64,000 bases of DNA from Bacteroidales bacterium UBA5219 (lineage in GTDB: Bacteria > Bacteroidota > Bacteroidia > Bacteroidales > ML635J-15). The notes under the pieces were generated by a model. The model searched no databases. It saw only the letters and a program-made list of their open reading frames with translations, and was not told the DNA's origin. The DNA lies in NCBI GenBank assembly GCA_002412425.1, contig DHVB01000077.1, positions 22,948-86,947 of the forward strand, in the 5' to 3' direction. This document shows positions 9,821 to 19,601 of this stretch, one piece after another (positions within the stretch are counted from its first letter, which is position 1; each line of letters starts with the position of its first letter). The position numbers and the translations under genes were made by a program.

Positions 9821-11158
9821 ATGAATTACAACGAAAGATTTGAAAATGTAACAATAGTTGGAGCTGCAGGAAAAATGGGTAGCGGCATCCTTCTGTTAAC
9901 TGCTATGGAAATGTACAATATTAGCATGAAGCCTGAAAATAAAGACAAAGATTACATTTTATATGCCTTTGATATTTCACAAAATGCTTTGTCAGGTTTA
10001 AAGACTTACATTCAAGACCAACTTACAAAACAAGCCGAAAGAAAGATTGAAATATTAAAAGAACACTATAAAGACAAAAAAGATTTAGCAAATGATTCAG
10101 ACATAATCTCTCAATATGTAAAAGACGTAATGGCTATGATTCAACCAGTTACAACAATAGAATCAGCTTATGAATCACATATCATTTTTGAAGCCGCAAG
10201 TGAAAATCCTGATTTAAAAACAAAAATTTTTGCTCAAATTAATGCAAATTCAAAATGTGAACCTTGGTTTTTCACAAACACATCATCAATTCCAATTTCT
10301 TACTTAAACGAGAAAGCAAATTTGAATGGCAGAATTATTGGAGTTCATTTTTACAATCCACCAGCAGTGCAAAAATTGGTTGAAGTAATTAAATGCGACC
10401 AAACCCCAGATATAATGGGAGAATTTGTTAGCACATATATCAAAAATTTAAGAAAAATAGAAGTCCCATCATACGACAAAGCAGGATTTATTGGCAATGG
10501 ACATTTCATGCGTGATGCACTATACGGAATGATGAGAATGGAAAATTTAAGAAAAGATATGAGTTTTGCTGAAGCAGTTTATATTGTAAATAAAGTTACT
10601 CAAGATTTTTTAATTCGTCCTATGGGAATTTTCCAACTTATTGATTATGTGGGAATTGACGTTTGCCAATTTATTATGAAAGTTATGAAACCATACGTTA
10701 CAGACGAAGATATCCACAGTCCGCTTTTGGATACTATGATGGAAATCGGAGTTAAAGGTGGTCAAAATCATGACGGTTCTCAAAAAGACGGTTTCTTAAA
10801 ATATGAAAAAGGTAGAATTGTTGCTATTTGGGATTTAGACAAAAAAGAATACGTAAAAATTGAAGATATTTCTGAAAAATGTGATAAACTTATTGGAGCT
10901 TTACCTCAAGAACACCAACCATGGAAAGTTGTTGTAAGAGACCCTAATAAAAATGAATTTTTAACTAAATATTTTTCTGCTTTACAAAAAGAAAACGGAA
11001 TGGGTGCTAAACTTGCAGTAGAATACCATATAAAATCTAAACAAATTGGCGAAAAACTTGTATCAGACAAAGTTGCATTCAATGCTGATGATGTAAATAC
11101 TGTTTTAATGACAGGATTTTTCCATGCTTATGGACCAATAAACGATTTTAGTAAATAA
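9821..11158 (+). CDS. 3-hydroxyacyl-CoA dehydrogenase family protein (long form)
   Basis: GAAGKMGSGI Rossmann motif, IFEAASE, TNTSS, HFYNPP catalytic His, GFIGN, PMGIFQLIDYVGID. Confidence 0.85.
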   Translation: MNYNERFENVTIVGAAGKMGSGILLLTAMEMYNISMKPENKDKDYILYAFDISQNALSGLKTYIQDQLTKQAERKIEILKEHYKDKKDLANDSDIISQYVKDVMAMIQPVTTIESAYESHIIFEAASENPDLKTKIFAQINANSKCEPWFFTNTSSIPISYLNEKANLNGRIIGVHFYNPPAVQKLVEVIKCDQTPDIMGEFVSTYIKNLRKIEVPSYDKAGFIGNGHFMRDALYGMMRMENLRKDMSFAEAVYIVNKVTQDFLIRPMGIFQLIDYVGIDVCQFIMKVMKPYVTDEDIHSPLLDTMMEIGVKGGQNHDGSQKDGFLKYEKGRIVAIWDLDKKEYVKIEDISEKCDKLIGALPQEHQPWKVVVRDPNKNEFLTKYFSALQKENGMGAKLAVEYHIKSKQIGEKLVSDKVAFNADDVNTVLMTGFFHAYGPINDFSK

Positions 11159-11244
11159 AATATTTAGTAATTTTCAAAAACTTTTCAAAATGATGATTTT
11201 TGAAAATTATTTAGCAATAATTGCTATTTTTGTAACGATTAAAA

Positions 11245-12021
11245 ATGAATATGAAGATAAAATCTAATAAACACGAAAACTATGAAATCTTAAACTTATT
11301 AGGCTATGGATTAGCTAAATTTGACAATGAGTTTATTAAACAATTTGGTTTTCAAACTAAAAATTCATTTTTTAAATATTTCGTAGAAATAGGCATTGTT
11401 GAAACTGGAAGTGTTGTTAAAAATAGAATGGATTTATTCGACCCTTTTTTTGAAAATGGAAGAAAAGGTTGGTGGCAAAAAGGCAACGCTTATATTCATA
11501 GAAAATTATTAATTGATAGTTTGTTTGGAAATGAAAATGTTATTGGATATGCAAACATTGTCAAGTTATTCCTGAAAGATAAGTTTAAAATTAAAGATAT
11601 TTGTGTTGAAGTAAAACCAATTGTCAAATCAAGATATAAAAAAATACAGGAAACTGGTTTAGAAGCAGAATTGTATTTTATGAACAACTACGATTCTATT
11701 GATATTTTCAAAAATGGGACTATTGAAGATGCAAGATTATATGGAGATGGGTATGATTTTCAAATTAATGTAAATAACACTTCATATTTAGCTGAGATAA
11801 AAGGAATTAGAACCAAAAAGGGGAAATTTAGACTAACTGAAAATGAATACATTAAGGCAAAAGAATATAAAAATGATTATTTTATTATTGTTGTCTTAAA
11901 TTTAGAAGACGTGCCTACTTTATTACCTATTGACAATCCTTTGAAAAATTTAAAATTTGAAGAAAAAATTATTACTTCAAAAAAAGTTAAAGAATACCAT
12001 CTAATAACAACTATATGCTAA
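11245..12021 (+). CDS. DUF3883 (NOV C-terminal-like) PD-(D/E)XK nuclease domain protein
   Basis: C-terminal GLEAELYF...DARLYGDGYDF...AEIKG...FRLTENEY pattern. Has its own TATTTTTG promoter box at 11225-11232. Confidence 0.75.
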   Translation: MNMKIKSNKHENYEILNLLGYGLAKFDNEFIKQFGFQTKNSFFKYFVEIGIVETGSVVKNRMDLFDPFFENGRKGWWQKGNAYIHRKLLIDSLFGNENVIGYANIVKLFLKDKFKIKDICVEVKPIVKSRYKKIQETGLEAELYFMNNYDSIDIFKNGTIEDARLYGDGYDFQINVNNTSYLAEIKGIRTKKGKFRLTENEYIKAKEYKNDYFIIVVLNLEDVPTLLPIDNPLKNLKFEEKIITSKKVKEYHLITTIC

Positions 12022-12281
12022 GTTTTAACGATAAAATAGAAGCTCTTAAATCATATTTATCTGATGTTAAAGATAATTATGCTGATAGTTTTAAAGAAGA
12101 TATTTGTTTACACTTCAACCACTTTGAAGATGTTCAAGATCAAGACTTTGAGTTTCTCGAACAATTAAACACAATAGAAGAAATACATACTTGGGTTGAT
12201 AATTTAACCTCTAGAATAGTAATGAAATTTGACGAAGAACATGAACAATTATCAGATTTCATTTTTTATGAAATATATTAA
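12015..12281 (+). CDS. Small, very acidic hypothetical protein
   Basis: 88-aa ORF with an ATG start overlapping the previous gene by 7 nt; 22 D/E versus 6 K/R. Confidence 0.7.
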   Translation: MLSFNDKIEALKSYLSDVKDNYADSFKEDICLHFNHFEDVQDQDFEFLEQLNTIEEIHTWVDNLTSRIVMKFDEEHEQLSDFIFYEIY

Positions 12282-12527
12282 TTTTTCAAAAATTAGTTTA
12301 AATCGATTAAACATACAATAAACGTATAAAAATCTGAGTACTACAACTATTCTGGCATCAAACCATAATTGCAAAAAAAACAAAAAACTACTGTAAAAAA
12401 CAGATTTTATGTTAATAAAAATGCTTTATTACTTAAAAAATTATATCTTTGTAGAAACTTTAAAACATTATTTAATAATTATTGTTGTATTTATTTAATT
12501 AGATTTGATTTATAAATAAAAAATAAG

Positions 12528-13922
12528 ATGAAAAAAACACTATCAATTTTAACTTTATTTTTTTTAGCTCAAGTTGTTTTTGCACAATCTGGCAATTTAG
12601 ACAACAACACATTAAATATCATAAGGAGCAATTATTCTCAAAAAGCCGAAAATGATATTGCAATTAGAAATGCGTTAACAAACAATGACATTAGAAATTT
12701 AGCTCTTAACAGAGATGTTGTTGGTAAAGAAACTCACGACTTTAAGTATAAAGTCAAAGTTAAAGGAATTACAGACCAAAAATCTTCTGGACGTTGTTGG
12801 ATGTTTACAGGTTTAAATATTCTTAGACCACAACTTATTGATGAGAAAAAATTATCAAATTTTGAATTTTCTACTAACTATCTATATTTCTACGACATGC
12901 TAGAAAAATCAAATTTATTTCTCGAAGGAGTTTTAAAATATCATGATAAAGAAATGGACGATAGAACAGTTGACTGGTTTTTTAAAGATCCTATCACAGA
13001 CGGAGGTGTGTGGAACTCTTTTGCAAATTTAGTTAATAAATATGGACTTGTTCCAAAAACTGTAATGCCAGAAACTTTCCATTCTGAAAACACACGCTGG
13101 CTTAACAATATACTAAGCTCTAAACTTAGAGAGTTCGGCTTGGAGTTGAGAGAAATAAGAAGACAAGGAATTACTGGCAAAAAACTACAATCTGCTAAAA
13201 TGGAAATGATTTCTGAAATTTACAGAATACTAGTTCTTTTCCTTGGCGAACCACCAACTGAGTTTACATATAGATTTGTTGACAAAGACAATAATATTTC
13301 AGAAGCAAAAACATATACTCCTCAAGAATTTTTTAAAGAAATTTTTCCAAATTATAATACCGAGGATTACTACATGTTTATGAACGACCCAACAAGAGAA
13401 TACTATAAAGTTTACGAAATTGATTTTGACAGAAATGTTTTAGAAGGTAAAAACTGGATTTATTTAAATCTACCTTCTGATGAAATAAAAACTTTTGCTC
13501 TAAATAGCATTAAAAACAACGAAGCTCTTTACGCTTCATGCGATGTAGGAAAACAACTTTACAGTGCTGAAGGAACATTAGATGTTAAAAATTATAATTT
13601 TGAAGCTTTATTAGGTACTAAATTTAAAATGGATAAAGCAGCAAGAATTAAAACTTACGATTCTGGTTCTGCTCATGCAATGTTGCTAATGGCTTGCGAT
13701 ACAGACAAAGACGACAAACCAACAAAATGGCAATTTGAAAATTCATGGGGAAGCAGTCACGGACATAATGGGTATTTAACCTTCACTGACGAATGGTTTG
13801 ATGAATATATGTTTAGAGTTGTTGTAAATAAAAAATTTATTGACGATAAGACTTTAAAACTTTTCGACCAAAAGCCAATTTTACTACCACCTTGGGATCC
13901 AATGTTCTCAAACGACAACTAA
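12528..13922 (+). CDS. pepC: Aminopeptidase C / bleomycin hydrolase (peptidase C1B), secreted
   Basis: DQKSSGRCWMF catalytic Cys, HAM His, ENSWG Asn, PPWDPM C-terminus, signal peptide. Promoter box TATCTTTG at 12444-12451. Confidence 0.92.
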   Translation: MKKTLSILTLFFLAQVVFAQSGNLDNNTLNIIRSNYSQKAENDIAIRNALTNNDIRNLALNRDVVGKETHDFKYKVKVKGITDQKSSGRCWMFTGLNILRPQLIDEKKLSNFEFSTNYLYFYDMLEKSNLFLEGVLKYHDKEMDDRTVDWFFKDPITDGGVWNSFANLVNKYGLVPKTVMPETFHSENTRWLNNILSSKLREFGLELREIRRQGITGKKLQSAKMEMISEIYRILVLFLGEPPTEFTYRFVDKDNNISEAKTYTPQEFFKEIFPNYNTEDYYMFMNDPTREYYKVYEIDFDRNVLEGKNWIYLNLPSDEIKTFALNSIKNNEALYASCDVGKQLYSAEGTLDVKNYNFEALLGTKFKMDKAARIKTYDSGSAHAMLLMACDTDKDDKPTKWQFENSWGSSHGHNGYLTFTDEWFDEYMFRVVVNKKFIDDKTLKLFDQKPILLPPWDPMFSNDN

Positions 13923-13934
13923 CAACAACTTTAT

Positions 13935-15809
13935 ATGTGCGGAATTGCTGGAATATTTTCTTTTGATAAAGCTAGTACTGAATATTCAAAATATTTAGAA
14001 AAAAGTATTAGTGCTTTAATAAAGAATAAAAATGAAAAACCAGATTTATTTATTGAAGACAATATTGCTTTTGCCTATTTAAAAAACACACAACACGCTG
14101 AAAATCAAAACAATATTGTAATAAGCGATGATAAAAACTACCTCTTATTACTTGAAGGCGATATTTTTTATACCGAAAATTTAAAAAATCTAATAAATAA
14201 TACTGATAAAATTAAATTAAAAACTGACTCCGAAATTTTACTTTTTCTTTTAATAGAACATGGCGAATCGATTATTGAAAAACTAAATGGAAACTTTGTA
14301 TTTGCATTTTTTAATAAAATAACAAACACTCTTATTGTTAGCAGAGACTACATAGGTTTTAAAAATTTGTTCTTTTATAAAGATGATGAAAAATTTATTT
14401 TTTCAACAGAATTAAAATCTATTTTACAATTTGATATTACAAAAGAAATTAATTCTGCCGCATTATTCTCATACCTACAATTGAACTATATTTTACCAAA
14501 TGTAAGTATCATTAAAAATATAAATAAACTTGGATACGGCAGTTTTTTAAAAATTAATAAACAAGGATTTGAAATTAAAAACTATTATAAAATAATACCA
14601 AGTTTTAATCCTGAAAATTATGACAATTTTGAAATAGCTTCTTCTAAGTTAAGACAATTGTTAAGTGATGCAATTGAAGACAACTTAGCTAAACACCCTG
14701 ATGCTTCTTGCTTCTTATCGGGTGGAATTGACTCTAGCTTAATAACAGCTTTAGCCTCAAAGTTTAAAAAGAATTTGAATACTTTTTCTATTGGATATAA
14801 AGATGTAGATTTTTTTGATGAAACCCAATTTGCTGAATTAGTTGCACAAAAATATAATACCAATCATACTAGTTTTAAAATTACAAACCAAGAATTGTTA
14901 GATAATATTGACTCCGCTTTTGATAATTTTGACGAACCGTTTGCCGATAGTTCTGCTCTTGCTTTAAATATTTTAAGTAAACATGTTAGTCAACATAGCT
15001 CTGTAGTTTTAAGTGGAGATGGAGCTGACGAGATGTTTGCAGGCTACAACAAGCATTCTGCACATTTTCAAGCTAGCTATCCTGGTACAAAAGAAAAAAT
15101 TGCATCTGGGTTAAATCCAATTTGGAAAATAGTTCCAAAATCTAGAAGCTCAAAAATGTCAAATTTAGCACGACAATTAGATAGGTTTGCCACTGGATAC
15201 GGGCTTAATCCTAACGACAGATATTGGTTTTGGGCAACTATTGGAACAGAAGAATACGCAAAAAATATTTTAAAATTACCAATTGATTACTCTCAGTTTT
15301 CAGCAAAAAAACACAAATATATAAATCAAGATATTTGTTTAAAAGATATAAATAACGTATTACTAACCGACATGAATTTAGTTTTGCAAGGCGATATGCT
15401 TATCAAAGTTAGCACAATGTCGGCAGGAAATAGATTAAAAATATTTGCACCTTTTTTGGATAAAAACATTATTGATTATTCGTTTAGTTTACCATCACAT
15501 TTTAAAATTAATTCCACAAGTCGAAAACGAATTTTAAAAAATGCATTTAACGATTTGCTTCCTGATGAAATTTTCAGTCGTCCTAAACATGGTTTTGAAG
15601 TTCCTTTGCTAATGTGGTTTAAAAAAGATTTAAAACATCTAATTGAGGATAAAATTTTATCTGAAGATTTTATAAAAGAGCAAGGAATTTTTAATTACAA
15701 AGAAATTTCAAGTCTCAAGCAAAAACTCAATTCTCCAAACCCACACGATAGTCCTGCAAAAATATGGGCAATTATAGTTTTTCAAAAATGGTGGACAAAA
15801 CATATGTAA
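13935..15809 (+). CDS. Asparagine synthetase B-like amidotransferase (glutaminase domain divergent)
   Basis: MCGIAG N-terminus, FLSGGIDSS, DEPFADSS, LSGDGADEMFAGY, RPKHGF. Confidence 0.85.
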   Translation: MCGIAGIFSFDKASTEYSKYLEKSISALIKNKNEKPDLFIEDNIAFAYLKNTQHAENQNNIVISDDKNYLLLLEGDIFYTENLKNLINNTDKIKLKTDSEILLFLLIEHGESIIEKLNGNFVFAFFNKITNTLIVSRDYIGFKNLFFYKDDEKFIFSTELKSILQFDITKEINSAALFSYLQLNYILPNVSIIKNINKLGYGSFLKINKQGFEIKNYYKIIPSFNPENYDNFEIASSKLRQLLSDAIEDNLAKHPDASCFLSGGIDSSLITALASKFKKNLNTFSIGYKDVDFFDETQFAELVAQKYNTNHTSFKITNQELLDNIDSAFDNFDEPFADSSALALNILSKHVSQHSSVVLSGDGADEMFAGYNKHSAHFQASYPGTKEKIASGLNPIWKIVPKSRSSKMSNLARQLDRFATGYGLNPNDRYWFWATIGTEEYAKNILKLPIDYSQFSAKKHKYINQDICLKDINNVLLTDMNLVLQGDMLIKVSTMSAGNRLKIFAPFLDKNIIDYSFSLPSHFKINSTSRKRILKNAFNDLLPDEIFSRPKHGFEVPLLMWFKKDLKHLIEDKILSEDFIKEQGIFNYKEISSLKQKLNSPNPHDSPAKIWAIIVFQKWWTKHM

Positions 15810-15812
15810 ATT

Positions 15813-17009
15813 ATGGCAAAAGTTTTAAGAATTATTAATCGCTTTAATTTAGGAGGACCAACATACAATGTTGCTTACCTCACTAAGTACTTAGCACCTG
15901 AATATGATACTCTTTTAGTTGGTGGATCAAACACTAAAGACGAAGCTTGTTCTGATTATATCATCAAAAAACTTGGTATCCATGCAATTACTATCCCTGA
16001 AATGAGTAGAGAAATTGGATATAATGATTTAATAGCATATGCAAAAATTAAAAACATAATAAAACGTTATAAACCAGATATAGTTCATACTCATGCATCA
16101 AAAGCCGGATATTTAGGAAGAAGAGCTGCCATAAGTTTAAAAGTACCAGTTATAGTGCATACATTTCATGGACACATATTCCACTCATACTTTAATAAAC
16201 AAGCTACATCTTTATTCAAAAGTTTGGAACAAAGTTTAGCAAAAAAAACTGATGCGATTATAGCCATTAGTCCTATCCAAAAAGATGAATTATGTAATAT
16301 TCATAAAATTGCTCCAGAAGAAAAGTTCAGAATAATTCCATTAGGATTTGATTTAAATAGATTTCAAGAAAATTTACAGGAAAAAAGAAAAATATTTAGA
16401 ACAAGATATAACTTAAAAGATGATGACATTGTAATTTCAAGTGTTGGACGATTAGTGCCAATAAAAAACCACCCATTATTTATAAAATCTATTGCTAAAG
16501 TTAAAGAAAAAACAAATAAGAACGTTAAAGCTATGATTGTTGGAGACGGCTCTCTTCGCAATGAATTTGTTGAGCTAGCACATTCTTTAAATTTGAATGT
16601 TTCTACACCCGAAAAAACAGAACCAAATCCCGACATCATTTTCACATCTTGGATAGAAGATGCAGACATAGTTTTTGCAGGTTCGGAAATTGCAGCATTA
16701 AGTTCATTTAACGAAGGCACTCCTGTATCATTAATTGAAGCTCAAGCATCTAACATCCCAGTTATATCAACAGACGTAGGTGGAGTTAAAGATATTATAA
16801 TAGAAGGTAAAACAGGTTTACTTTGTAAAAATGATGATGTTGATGATTATGCCGAAAAACTTTTAATTTTAATTGAAAACGACAAGCTAAGAGAAGAAAT
16901 GTCATTAAAGGGCTGGGAATTTGTAAAAAATAAATTTCACTATTCCAGATTAGTAAATGATGTTAAATTACTCTATGTCGAACTTCTAAAAAACTCACAA
17001 ATAAAATAA
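15813..17009 (+). CDS. Glycosyltransferase family 4 (GT-B)
   Basis: HTHASKAG, VHTFHGH, VGRLVPIKN, EGTPVSLIEA, TDVGG. Confidence 0.9.
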   Translation: MAKVLRIINRFNLGGPTYNVAYLTKYLAPEYDTLLVGGSNTKDEACSDYIIKKLGIHAITIPEMSREIGYNDLIAYAKIKNIIKRYKPDIVHTHASKAGYLGRRAAISLKVPVIVHTFHGHIFHSYFNKQATSLFKSLEQSLAKKTDAIIAISPIQKDELCNIHKIAPEEKFRIIPLGFDLNRFQENLQEKRKIFRTRYNLKDDDIVISSVGRLVPIKNHPLFIKSIAKVKEKTNKNVKAMIVGDGSLRNEFVELAHSLNLNVSTPEKTEPNPDIIFTSWIEDADIVFAGSEIAALSSFNEGTPVSLIEAQASNIPVISTDVGGVKDIIIEGKTGLLCKNDDVDDYAEKLLILIENDKLREEMSLKGWEFVKNKFHYSRLVNDVKLLYVELLKNSQIK

Positions 17010-17091
17010 AATACATAAGAAAATCATATCGCATTTTAAGATTCAATTAATTTAATTAATTTTGTGAACCAAAATTTTAAAATTTTACTTG

Positions 17092-17823
17092 ATGTTTACT
17101 TTATTTTTTAAAGAAATAAAAGAGTTTTTTAGCTCAGTAACAGGATACCTTGTTGTGATAATTTTTTTGCTAATAAACTCAATGTTTTTATGGATATTTA
17201 AAGGAGCTTTCAATATTTTTGACCTCGAAATGGCAAATATTGATAGCCTTTTTATAATTTCACCTTGGGTATTTTTATTTTTAGTTCCAGCAATTACTAT
17301 GAATATGTTTGCAGGAGAATACAAGTCTGGAACTATGGAATTACTTTTAACGCGTCCATTAACAGAATTTCAAATTGTTTTTGCCAAATACTTGGCTAGT
17401 GTTGTGCTTGTATTAGTGGCTTTAGCTCCTACTCTACTATATTTATTTTCAATTTATTTTTTAGCAGATCCTGTCGGCAACGTTGATTTCGGTGCTATTT
17501 TTGGTTCTTATATAGGATTGTTTTTCTTAGCAGCTATTTATTCTGCATTAGGAATATTTGCAAGTTCATTAACAAAAAATACTATAATATCTTTTTTACT
17601 CGGATTATTATTTTGTTATGTATTTTTTCTTGGTTTTGAAAATCTTTCATATTTAATAAGTTCGGGAAAACTCTCAAATTTTATTATTTCACTCGGAATA
17701 AACGACCACTATAGGTCTATGAGTCGTGGAGTAATTGATAGTCGCGATGTCGTTTATTTTTTATCGGTAATTAGCATATTTATTTTTGTTACAAAACTTA
17801 GATTAGAAAGTCGTAAATGGTAA
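17092..17823 (+). CDS. gldF: Gliding motility-associated ABC transporter permease GldF
   Basis: KEIKEFFSS..GYLV, PWVFLFLVPAITM, GTMELLLTRP, HYRSMSRGVIDSRD. ATG at 17092 preferred over TTG at 17089. Confidence 0.9.
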   Translation: MFTLFFKEIKEFFSSVTGYLVVIIFLLINSMFLWIFKGAFNIFDLEMANIDSLFIISPWVFLFLVPAITMNMFAGEYKSGTMELLLTRPLTEFQIVFAKYLASVVLVLVALAPTLLYLFSIYFLADPVGNVDFGAIFGSYIGLFFLAAIYSALGIFASSLTKNTIISFLLGLLFCYVFFLGFENLSYLISSGKLSNFIISLGINDHYRSMSRGVIDSRDVVYFLSVISIFIFVTKLRLESRKW

Positions 17824-19601
17824 ATAGTATGGAAAACAATAATAAAAAAAATAAAACCTCTCGCTCGACATTAAAAAAACAAAATATACTTCAAGCGATA
17901 TTAATTTTGGTATTAATCATTGTCTTCAACCTGTTGTCGTCAATGGTATTTTTTAGGCTTGACCTCACTAAAGAAAAAAGATTTTCGATTACTGACACTT
18001 CAAAAAAAATATTAGATGATTTAGAAGACAAAATAATTATTGATGTTTATTTAGAAGGAGATGATTTGCCTGTTGAATTGCTAAGATACCAAAAAACTGT
18101 TAAAGAATTTTTAGACAATTTTAAATCATATTCAAATAAAATAGAAGTTATTTTTAAAAACCCATTCGAAGAAGGCAATTCTGAACAAAACCGAGAAATT
18201 TATTTTCAATTATATAATAAAGGACTAAGCCCAACTTACATTAGCCAATCACAAGATATGGGGCGAAGTGAAAAAATGATTTTTGCTGGAGCACTTTTGA
18301 AATATGGAGAAAAAGAATTTCCAATAAATTTAATAAACAACAATTTAAGTTCTGGAAGCAATTATGTAGGTTTGTCCGAAACTGAATTAGAAAGAGATTT
18401 TATCCATGCTATTTGGATGTTAACAAACGACAAACTCAAAAAAATTGCTTTTCTAGATGGGCATAAAGAGCTTTCAGAATATCAAACTTACGACATAATG
18501 ACCTCTCTTTCAAAATATTACCACATCGACAGAGTAATTATGAATCAAGTTTTAAATGCTTTAGACGGTTATGATGTAGTGGTGGTTGCTAAGCCAGAAG
18601 GATATTTTACAGAAAGAGATAAGTTTATCTTGGATCAATACATAATGCAAGGTGGTAAAATGATATGGTTAGTAGAATGGATGAAAATTGATATGGATTC
18701 TCTAAGTACTAAACCAATGCAAATGGCAATGCTAAACGATATAAACTTAGACGACCAATTATTTAATTATGGTGTTAGAATCAACCCTGATTTAATTCAA
18801 GATTTATCTTGTTTAAGTATTCCTGTTTATGTTAATACAGTTGACGGAAAACCACAATTTGAGCCTAGACCTTGGCCCTTTTTTCCAGTTATTGTACCCG
18901 ACACATTATTAAATCATCAATTATTAAAAAACTTAGATATCATACGCACACATTTTGTTAGCTCCATAGATACTGTTGGAGAAAATCCAAAAATTAAGAA
19001 AACCATTCTTTTAAGAACTTCTAAATTTTCTAAAACCATGACTCACCCTGTAGAGGTAAATTTAGAAATAATGAGAAACGAACCAGAATTAAAAACTTTT
19101 AACAAACCAAACTTGCCAATAGCTGTTCTTTTGGAAGGGCAATTTAGATCTAACTTCGTAAATCGCTTATCAGATGAATTTGCAAACAATCCAGATTTTA
19201 AATTTATTCCAGAAAGTGAAGAAACTAAGATGATAGTAATTTCAGACGGAGATTTTATTAGAAACGAAGTTAGAGTAATGGGAAACAAACAACAACCCTA
19301 TCCCTTGGGTGCTGACAAATATTATCCCGAACAATTTACGCCAGGGAATACCCAGTTTTTTGTAAACTGTGTTAATTATTTATGTGCTGACGATGATTTT
19401 ATATCCTTACGTATGAGGGAAATCAAAATTAGAAAACTTAATAAAGCCGAACTTCGAGAAAATAAACAACACTGGCTTTATTTTAACTTAACACTTCCTA
19501 TTTTGTCTATTATTATAATAGGTGTTGTTATTCTTTTTTCTAGAAAAATTAAATTTAACAAAAAACCTTTAAAAATTCATAAAACTTATTCTAAAAAATG
19601 A
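17817..19601 (+). CDS. gldG: Gliding motility-associated ABC transporter substrate-binding protein GldG
   Basis: RLDLTKEKRFS, VYLEG, DQYIMQGGK, MIVISDGD, C-terminal transmembrane segment; directly follows gldF. Confidence 0.9.
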   Translation: MVNSMENNNKKNKTSRSTLKKQNILQAILILVLIIVFNLLSSMVFFRLDLTKEKRFSITDTSKKILDDLEDKIIIDVYLEGDDLPVELLRYQKTVKEFLDNFKSYSNKIEVIFKNPFEEGNSEQNREIYFQLYNKGLSPTYISQSQDMGRSEKMIFAGALLKYGEKEFPINLINNNLSSGSNYVGLSETELERDFIHAIWMLTNDKLKKIAFLDGHKELSEYQTYDIMTSLSKYYHIDRVIMNQVLNALDGYDVVVVAKPEGYFTERDKFILDQYIMQGGKMIWLVEWMKIDMDSLSTKPMQMAMLNDINLDDQLFNYGVRINPDLIQDLSCLSIPVYVNTVDGKPQFEPRPWPFFPVIVPDTLLNHQLLKNLDIIRTHFVSSIDTVGENPKIKKTILLRTSKFSKTMTHPVEVNLEIMRNEPELKTFNKPNLPIAVLLEGQFRSNFVNRLSDEFANNPDFKFIPESEETKMIVISDGDFIRNEVRVMGNKQQPYPLGADKYYPEQFTPGNTQFFVNCVNYLCADDDFISLRMREIKIRKLNKAELRENKQHWLYFNLTLPILSIIIIGVVILFSRKIKFNKKPLKIHKTYSKK

